Assembly (NCBI GenBank): GCA_964016885.1
Contig: OZ024749.1
Coordinates: forward strand, 24,242,001 to 24,306,000
DNA from: Eledone cirrhosa
Lineage: Eukaryota
Direction: 5' to 3'
DNA length: 64,000 nt
In this document: positions 55,860 through 64,000 of the stretch, piece after piece
How positions within the stretch are numbered: position 1 is the stretch's first letter
Layout: each line of letters opens with the position of its first letter
Notes under the pieces: generated by a model
Told to the model about the DNA's origin: nothing
The model's database searches: none
Seen by the model: the letters and a program-made list of their open reading frames with translations, nothing else
Position numbers and translations under genes: made by a program

Positions 55860-56609
55860 TGTATGGATGAAGGATTCTAGAATACCAAAACAACTCTTTT
55901 ATGGAGAGTTGGTTAAAGGAAAACGACAGCCACATAAACCAAAAAAGAGGTATAAGGATTCCTTGAAAGCCTCTCTGAAAGACGCTAACATCTCTGCTGA
56001 TACATGAGAAACTATTGCTGCTGATCGTAATAAATGGAGAAAGACTGTATATGAGGGAAAAGTTGCCTTTGAGGCATCTCGAATCGCATACGAGAAAGTA
56101 AAGCGGGATGTGAGGAAGGGCATTGCTGTTGCACTTCCAGACGGCACATGCAGCGTCTGTGTGAGACTCTGCCTAAGCAAAGCTGGACTCGAAAGTCATC
56201 TTCGCAGTCATAAAGTAAGACCAGTGGTTGACTACCAGGCTGCTGTTGGAGATGCTACTCATCATGCTTGCCAAACATGTGGTAGAGAATGTAAATCAGC
56301 AGGAGGGCTCAAGCGAGATGCAAAAGTACACGAACTCCAACCACAGCCGACTATTCCCAGTGAATGTTTTGGTTGCCGACTCTGTGCAAGACAGTTTAGA
56401 TCATTGGCTGGGCTAAAAAGCCACATTCGATCGCAGCGCTGTTAGTTGCTATCGTGTGTGTGTGTGTGTGTGTAGATATGCTTATGTGTGTGCGTGTGTG
56501 TGTATATATATATGTATATGTATATTATTATTGTTGTTGTCGTTATTATTATTGTTGTTATTATTATTATTATTGTTATTACTGTATGTGTGTGTGTATA
56601 TGTGTGTGA

Positions 56610-56651
<42 letters not shown>

Positions 56652-56772
56652 ATATGTATATATATATATATATATATTTCTTTTTTTTTAAATTTATTTA
56701 TTATTATTATTATTATTTTTTTTTTTTTCTTCTCGTGCAATGGCCATACTTGATAACGAGGGGGCAGCCATC
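55860..56772 (+). mobile_element. RTE-type LINE 3' fragment with three C2H2-like zinc fingers; 3' UTR interrupted by microsatellites
   Basis: RIPKQLFYGELVKGKR..KRYKDSLK..DRNKWR, then CSVC..HLRSH, CQTC..DAKVH, CRLC..HIRSQ; one internal stop codon. Confidence 0.85.
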
Positions 56773-56898
56773 ATATATGTATATATATATTTACATATAT
56801 GAATATATTTGAATATATATGTATATATGTATGTATATATGTATATATATATATATATTTGTATATATATGTATGTATATTTATATATGTATGTATAT

Positions 56899-56973
<75 letters not shown>

Positions 56974-57160
56974 ATATACATATATATATATACACATATA
57001 TATGTGTATATTATATATATAATTTTGAAAATTTGCATACATATAAGGATAAACATAGGAAAATTAACAAATAGAAGACAAGGCAACGAACGAAAGCAAG
57101 ACAGAACGAAAAACAATCTTCTTAAAGGAAACAGTAGAACATTATTTTGAAAAAAAAAAC

Positions 57161-57300
57161 AATGTTTCTACTTTTGGCACAATTATGCCTATGGTTCTTT
57201 ATTTTATCGACCCCGTAAGGATAAAAGGCAAGGTTAACCTCGACAGGATTTGAACTGAAACCATAAAGGGCCGTAACGCTTTGCTGCAGAGCATGGTGCT
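57161..57300 (-). mobile_element. Family-A SINE, diverged
   Basis: Body and B-box region match. Confidence 0.8.
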
Positions 57301-57374
57301 GGTTCACAGGTGGTCACAGCGCCTGGTAAACGCAAAAGCACTTCTACACCACACTTTATATATATATATATATA

Positions 57375-57790
57375 TATGTAGATAAATCTACCAAGAGTTT
57401 ACGGTAGTGTCCAATCCGTATGAAGAACTCAATGTATTCCGGATATCATGGAAAAAAGAGATGTAATGAAAATCCACTTTCGGTGAAAGATAAACGGTAT
57501 ACAGAGTCAAGATAAAATATTAAACAAATAATGAACAAACAATTCCTTATATTAAACAAAAAAAGTTCACTATTTAACGATCGTTTCTAGGGTATATATG
57601 TGTTATAATTGGTATGCATATTTAACAGATCTATGTACAAAATTATACAAAATTATACAAATTATCAAGATTAAACATACATACCTAACTCATATATACG
57701 CCGTCTTCAGAAATAATGAAGTATATTTATTGATAATAACAACAATTCAAAATATCAGTTCAAAATTGACCAATGAAAACACAAAGGGTT
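57375..57790. repeat. Dispersed repeat related in inverted orientation to about 45716-46060
   Basis: Shared blocks GTAGATAAATCTAC, AGAACTCAATGTA.TCCG, ATACAGAGTCAA, CGCC.TCTTCAGAAATAAT. Confidence 0.6.
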
Positions 57791-58488
57791 AAAAGCAGTT
57801 TGGTGTGTGTATATACATGTAAAAACCTTACACATATTTTACAATAATGTGTGTATAATTTGTATGTGCATACTAAAAAGATGGATGCAAACACAAAATT
57901 TCAAGGTTAATATCTCTGTAAGCTTAATGCGCTGATAAGATACGCAATGATACTTATGGAGTCAAGCATATAAATATATTTTTTTCATACTCATACATAT
58001 CAGTATAATCACACATACATGTGCGTATATGCATAAATATACACATAACCACGAACATACAAACACACACACTCCCCCACTCACATTTATATATGTGGAT
58101 ATAAAATCATAAGCAAATAGAAATTAAGTCACTCACATAAAAACACTGGTACACACATTTCAAGATCAAGATACAGAAATTAGGTGGGAGGGGGGGGGAG
58201 GGGTCAGTATTAGATTGTCAGACCAGACTGCCTAATATAAATGTATCTATAAATTAAGAAAAATAAAAAAATAAAAACAATAAAATATAATAAATATAAT
58301 ATAATGTATATACACATACAGATATACATACACATACATACATGTACGCGCACATAGAGATATTTACACATACATACATACACACATACCTATACAGTCA
58401 TACACACACATACATTTACACGAACATACACATACACATATAAAAAGATATAAATACACACACACTCACGCGCAACACATACACACAT

Positions 58489-58541
<53 letters not shown>

Positions 58542-58873
58542 TAGACTCATATATATATATATACACATACATATATATATACAAACATATATATCCACAC
58601 ACTCATACCACCATAAATACACATATAAACACCCACATGTATATATATATATATATATATATATCCACATACACACACGTACACATATATATATATATAC
58701 ATATATACACATACATATATATATATACACACACATAAAAAACAGACATGCACATATATATATATATATATATATATTTCATTACTCTTATATATACACA
58801 TAGTATATATACATACACAACCTCACTTATATACATATACACATAAGTTATATTACAATAATAATAAAGAATA

Positions 58874-58908
<35 letters not shown>

Positions 58909-60646
58909 TATATACATATATATATATATATACATACATACATACACATACATACATACACATAAATATATACATACATAAATACACACATACGAATAAA
59001 GACATATATTCACACATAGACACCTATATACACATATATATATATATATATATATATATCTATATATATATATATACATATATATATATACATATATATA
59101 TACACATACACACACACACACACACACAGACACACATACACACTCACATATATATATATATATATGTGTATGTGAGTGTGCGCAAATACACATATATATA
59201 CACACACACATACAAACACACACAAACACATACATATGCATACGTGCACACACACACACATATATCACATAGATACGAAGATAAACATATAAATAGAGAG
59301 ACATACAAATATATACAGAACCCATATACACATACATACAAACACGCATATACATATACATACACATATACACATATATATATATATTCCTATATACAAG
59401 CATACACATACATACACATACATACATATACATACACATATACATACCACACATTCACATACACATACATATATAATACATATATAAACATATATATACA
59501 TACATATGTATGTACAATCATATATACACACTCAATCTTACATTCATATTTACATGCTCATATATGTATTTTTATATTTAGAAATAAATACCAAAACCTA
59601 TATAGACACCCACCTACACATATATTCATACATATATGCTTACAAAACCAGATGATAATAGTATGGGGGAAAGGGGGGGTTTGGAGAAGGGGATCAAAGT
59701 AAATATATGTTTCAAGAAACATATAATATTTTCCGTATCTTAATTCAATGTATGTTCTTACATATTTTCAGTGCTAGGAAATACGAAATCTATGCATCTC
59801 AAAACAAAAAAGTATACCATTAATCATATGTTAACTAAACCAAAGATAGTCAACATATTGATTTCCAAGGTGTAAATTAGTTAGGTTTATAATATTTGAA
59901 GCAGAATTATGAAGTCAAACAGTAGTAGATTATTAATTACATTATAACTAAATTAAAGTTAATAACGTTATGGTATCAATATTAGGAGATGAATTTAGTA
60001 ATAGGGAAAAGAAACCCAAATAAAAATAAAATAAAGTATTACATCGGTAGTAGCATATAAATTATATGTTAACTAAATTAAAAATTATATATTTATTTCA
60101 ATAGTATACGTTAATTAGTATATGTTAATTAGGTATACAATACATAAAGCAGATATTGTATTTCATCAATAGCATAATATAATTATATGCAAATAAAAAT
60201 CAAAATTAATACGCATACATATACATATACATACACATACACATACATATACATATACACACATATATATATATATATACATATATATATACATATATAC
60301 ATATATAGTCACATAAATATACATACAGATACACATACAACACACACATATACATATACATATAGATATACATATCTTTTTCAAAAAATTGCACAGAATA
60401 TATTAACTAGGTATATATCCAAAACACATCCCATTCTATGATTACATGACATTCTGCAATTCGTCTGTACAAGGATACTAATTTTAAGCAAATTAAAATT
60501 AAAGTTTTAGGTTGATTAAAACTAAAACCAAATAATAAATATATTTCCAAAATGTATATTAATTAGGTCTATAATACTAAAAATTCTTTCTCCGTCATAG
60601 GATACATGATATTATTTTGTTATATTTTATCTGTAAAAGAATTATA

Positions 60647-60682
<36 letters not shown>

Positions 60683-60870
60683 ATAATAAAAGGTTAAAAT
60701 AAATTAAAATTAATCTATAAATTAAATTACTGAGTATATATTAGTAATATTTAAAGGTTTTTCAAAATTTATGATTACATAATATTTTCTCATCTGTAAT
60801 AAAATATTAATTAAATTAAATTTATAGGTTAACTAACATTTAAATTAAATTAAATTCTAGAATAATGTTA

Positions 60871-63096
60871 TTAATTAGGTTTATAATATTTAAATGTTTT
60901 TTTTAGTTTATGATTACACGATATAATTAATTCCTGTCTTTTATTTAATAAGATATCCCTAGACTTCATTATTTCAAATAGTTCTTGGGAACATAATCTA
61001 CATTCCTTTCTATTATTTTGATAAGGGGTGGCTCTTTTGAGCACACTCCAGGTCAAATCATATTTTATATTTTTATTTTTATAACTATTGATTTTTTCTG
61101 CTAGAGATGTTGTATTAGCCAGTGCGGCATTTTTAAAGCTATGTTTGTGGGTATTATACCTTGTCTTAAAATTGTTAGAGGTAGCTCCTATATATGAGCA
61201 AATAGAATCTTTAGTTTTAACATTACATTTATAGACTATGTTGTTAACAAGACAATTCCCTTTTAATGGGCAGTTTGTTTTGTTTCTACAGTTACATCCT
61301 TTCGTTAATTCTGTATTTGAGGAGATATTATTGTTAATTTGATGTACTGGTGGTATACTTATGGTTTTCTTACATTTATATGCATTATATGCACTTATAT
61401 TTTGTTTTATGTTATTTGTTGTAGAGTATGAGAATTTAACTGTAGACCTATTTAAGATTTGATGGTATTTGTGGTTTGGCGGGAAGTTTTTCTCAAGGAT
61501 ATAAAAAAATTTTTTAGCAATATTATCCTTAACTTGTAAATTAAAAGGAGCATTATACCAAGTAACTCGTCTATTACGGTTTCTATGTTGTTTATTATTT
61601 TTATTATTTTTATATGTTGTATCATGATTTTTACTAGGAGGATTAATGTTAATGATCTCACCACAACTATTTTTAGTTATATTTGTAGATTTAGGTGTTT
61701 TATCTTTTTTATTAGGAGTTTTATTATTAATATTTATTATAGTTGTATGATGAGTAGTTTTTTGAGGGTTACTATACTTTATATTAGAAGATTTAGTATT
61801 TTGGGGTATACTGTGGGTGGCATTTAGGTGTGTACTTTTCATTTGGTGTTTGTTGGTAATATTATGCTGTATGCTTTCAGTATTTTTAGTAGAAGGTATA
61901 TACTCTAATCTATTTTTGTGGCCACTTCTATCTAGAGCTTCATTATAAAAGGTCGCATTTTTATCAAATACATCTTGGTTAGAAGAAAGGTTAGAAATTC
62001 TAAGTGATATATTATATGCAAGGTTTTTAAGGATAGATTTAGGGTGATTAGATTGTGAGTGTATGTAATGTAAGTTTTGGTTAGGTTTATGGTAAGGTTG
62101 GTATATACCCGTAGCTAAATCTAAAGTTATATCTAGGAAATTTACTACTTTACTTGTTTTTTCAAAAGTAATATTAAGATTATAATAGTCTTTAAGGAAA
62201 GTTCTAATATGCTTTTTGTTTTTTTCGATTTCTGAAAGGCTAAGGTTGTTAGAAAGAAGAAGACAGTCATCACGATATAAACCACCTTTGAGGTGGGGAA
62301 AAGAGGCATTTATGTTGAAAAGGAGAAAGAGGCCCACAAGATCAGTAATTTGGGCGGAATCGCTTGAACCCATAGTAATATCAAAAAGATTACTGTATGT
62401 GTTTCTGGTCCAGTATTCATTCTGAAATTCAATAAGTGTTTGTCTAGCATGTGTAATAATGTTAATGTCATCCGAAGTTAAATTAGATCTATTTTTAGCA
62501 AATATTAATGCTTTGTTCAGGAGTATGGGTGATATAGAAGAATAGTAATTATCTATATCAAATTGTAGGAAAGAAGCAGAAGATTTACACCTAATATTTT
62601 TAAACCAATTAATTACCTGGGAGGTGTTTTCCCAGAGTGGTAAAATAACGTATTTTCTTATTTGTGGGATGACTCTATCTAAAATTTTTTTGCTAATTAT
62701 TCCAATATCTGATTTGGAGGGACATATAAGTCTAATAGAAGGATTAGAGTTAAAGTTAGATTTGTGATCTTTCAGGTTGAAGTGTGGTCTTTTCAATGCC
62801 AAAGGTTCAGTTCTATCTTCAATATTTAGTTTTTTTACTATGTTGTGTGTTTTGTTGTTGATGTTGGTGAGTGACACATTATTAGATTTTTTATAATTTT
62901 TTCTGAGTTCTTTATATATGAACTCATTATAATGTTCAATATCCATATGATACAAGTTACCAGTTTTGTCCGAGTGGACATGGATTTTTTTAGACTTTTT
63001 TAGGTCCAATAGGGTAGAATCAAGGTCCTTTTGAAAGACGGATTTATACTTTTTAAATTTGAGGTGTTTAATTAAATTAAAAAAAAATCTGCCCAT
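60871..63096 (-). CDS. Penelope-like retroelement polyprotein: reverse transcriptase plus C-terminal GIY-YIG endonuclease (5'-truncated by inversion; resembles the Hydra PLE clade)
   Basis: 741-aa uninterrupted ORF. RT motifs FLQFDIDNYYSSI, ITMGSSDSAQITDLVG, GLYRDD, VNFLDITL, YHKPN; linker CNCRNKTNCPLKGNC; GIY-YIG IVYKC..SYIGAT..FKTRYNTH, CRLCSQE, LLNKRQE. Clade assignment is from recalled motifs, not a phylogeny. Confidence 0.95.
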   Translation of the reverse strand: MGRFFFNLIKHLKFKKYKSVFQKDLDSTLLDLKKSKKIHVHSDKTGNLYHMDIEHYNEFIYKELRKNYKKSNNVSLTNINNKTHNIVKKLNIEDRTEPLALKRPHFNLKDHKSNFNSNPSIRLICPSKSDIGIISKKILDRVIPQIRKYVILPLWENTSQVINWFKNIRCKSSASFLQFDIDNYYSSISPILLNKALIFAKNRSNLTSDDINIITHARQTLIEFQNEYWTRNTYSNLFDITMGSSDSAQITDLVGLFLLFNINASFPHLKGGLYRDDCLLLSNNLSLSEIEKNKKHIRTFLKDYYNLNITFEKTSKVVNFLDITLDLATGIYQPYHKPNQNLHYIHSQSNHPKSILKNLAYNISLRISNLSSNQDVFDKNATFYNEALDRSGHKNRLEYIPSTKNTESIQHNITNKHQMKSTHLNATHSIPQNTKSSNIKYSNPQKTTHHTTIININNKTPNKKDKTPKSTNITKNSCGEIININPPSKNHDTTYKNNKNNKQHRNRNRRVTWYNAPFNLQVKDNIAKKFFYILEKNFPPNHKYHQILNRSTVKFSYSTTNNIKQNISAYNAYKCKKTISIPPVHQINNNISSNTELTKGCNCRNKTNCPLKGNCLVNNIVYKCNVKTKDSICSYIGATSNNFKTRYNTHKHSFKNAALANTTSLAEKINSYKNKNIKYDLTWSVLKRATPYQNNRKECRLCSQELFEIMKSRDILLNKRQELIISCNHKLKKTFKYYKPN

Positions 63097-63679
63097 TAAA
63101 AGGGAATTGTCTTGTTAACAACATAGTCTATAAATGTAATGTTAAAACTAAAGATTCTATTTGCTCATATATAGGAGCTACCTCTAACAATTTTAAGACA
63201 AGGTATAATACCCACAAACATAGCTTTAAAAATGCCGCACTGGCTAATACAACATCTCTAGCAGAAAAAATCAATAGTTATAAAAATAAAAATATAAAAT
63301 ATGATTTGACCTGGAGTGTGCTCAAAAGAGCCACCCCTTATCAAAATAATAGAAAGGAATGTAGATTATGTTCCCAAGAACTATTTGAAATAATGAAGTC
63401 TAGGGATATCTTATTAAATAAAAGACAGGAATTAATTATATCGTGTAATCATAAACTAAAAAAAACATTTAAATATTATAAACCTAATTAATAACATTAT
63501 TCTAGAATTTAATTTAATTTAAATGTTAGTTAACCTATAAATTTAATTTAATTAATATTTTATTACAGATGAGAAAATATTATGTAATCATAAATTTTGA
63601 AAAACCTTTAAATATTACTAATATATACTCAGTAATTTAATTTATAGATTAATTTTAATTTATTTTAACCTTTTATTAT

Positions 63680-63722
<43 letters not shown>

Positions 63723-64000
63723 TATAATTCTTTTACAGATAAAATATAACAAAATAATATCATGTATCCTATGACGGAGAAAGAATTTTTAGTATTATAG
63801 ACCTAATTAATATACATTTTGGAAATATATTTATTATTTGGTTTTAGTTTTAATCAACCTAAAACTTTAATTTTAATTTGCTTAAAATTAGTATCCTTGT
63901 ACAGACGAATTGCAGAATGTCATGTAATCATAGAATGGGATGTGTTTTGGATATATACCTAGTTAATATATTCTGTGCAATTTTTTGAAAAAGATATGTA
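63089..64000 (+). mobile_element. Inverted duplicate of the PLE 3' end (GIY-YIG plus 3' UTR/pseudo-LTR), continuing past the window edge
   Basis: Reverse complement of about 60369-61273; ORF 63306-63491 is identical to the C-terminus of the 741-aa ORF. Confidence 0.95.

Overview
This window looks like eukaryotic, very AT-rich and microsatellite-saturated DNA. The tRNA-derived SINEs and repeat make-up suggest an octopod cephalopod (inference). I found no host gene, and nearly all ORFs in the track are (TA)n/(TATG)n/(CA)n translation artefacts. The real content is retroelements inserted into or beside microsatellites: (1) one uninterrupted Penelope-like element (PLE) ORF (RT plus C-terminal GIY-YIG, 60871-63096) with an inverted copy of its own 3' end; (2) several PLE fragments; (3) a frameshifted Tx1/L1-type ORF2; (4) RTE, R4/Dong-type and CRE-type 3' fragments; (5) two SINE families; (6) MITEs. 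Two RNA-level signals stand out. The first is about ten intact-core and several decayed minimal type I hammerhead ribozymes of unrelated sequence, mostly in short non-coding fold-back or tandem elements. The second is a roughly 170-180 nt motif in three copies (9906, 19742, 51530) heading an RTE-5'UTR-like element. It shows compensatory pseudoknot pairing and a group I-intron-like core, and is a candidate undescribed ribozyme. All folds and alignments were made by eye, and boundaries of degenerate elements are approximate.
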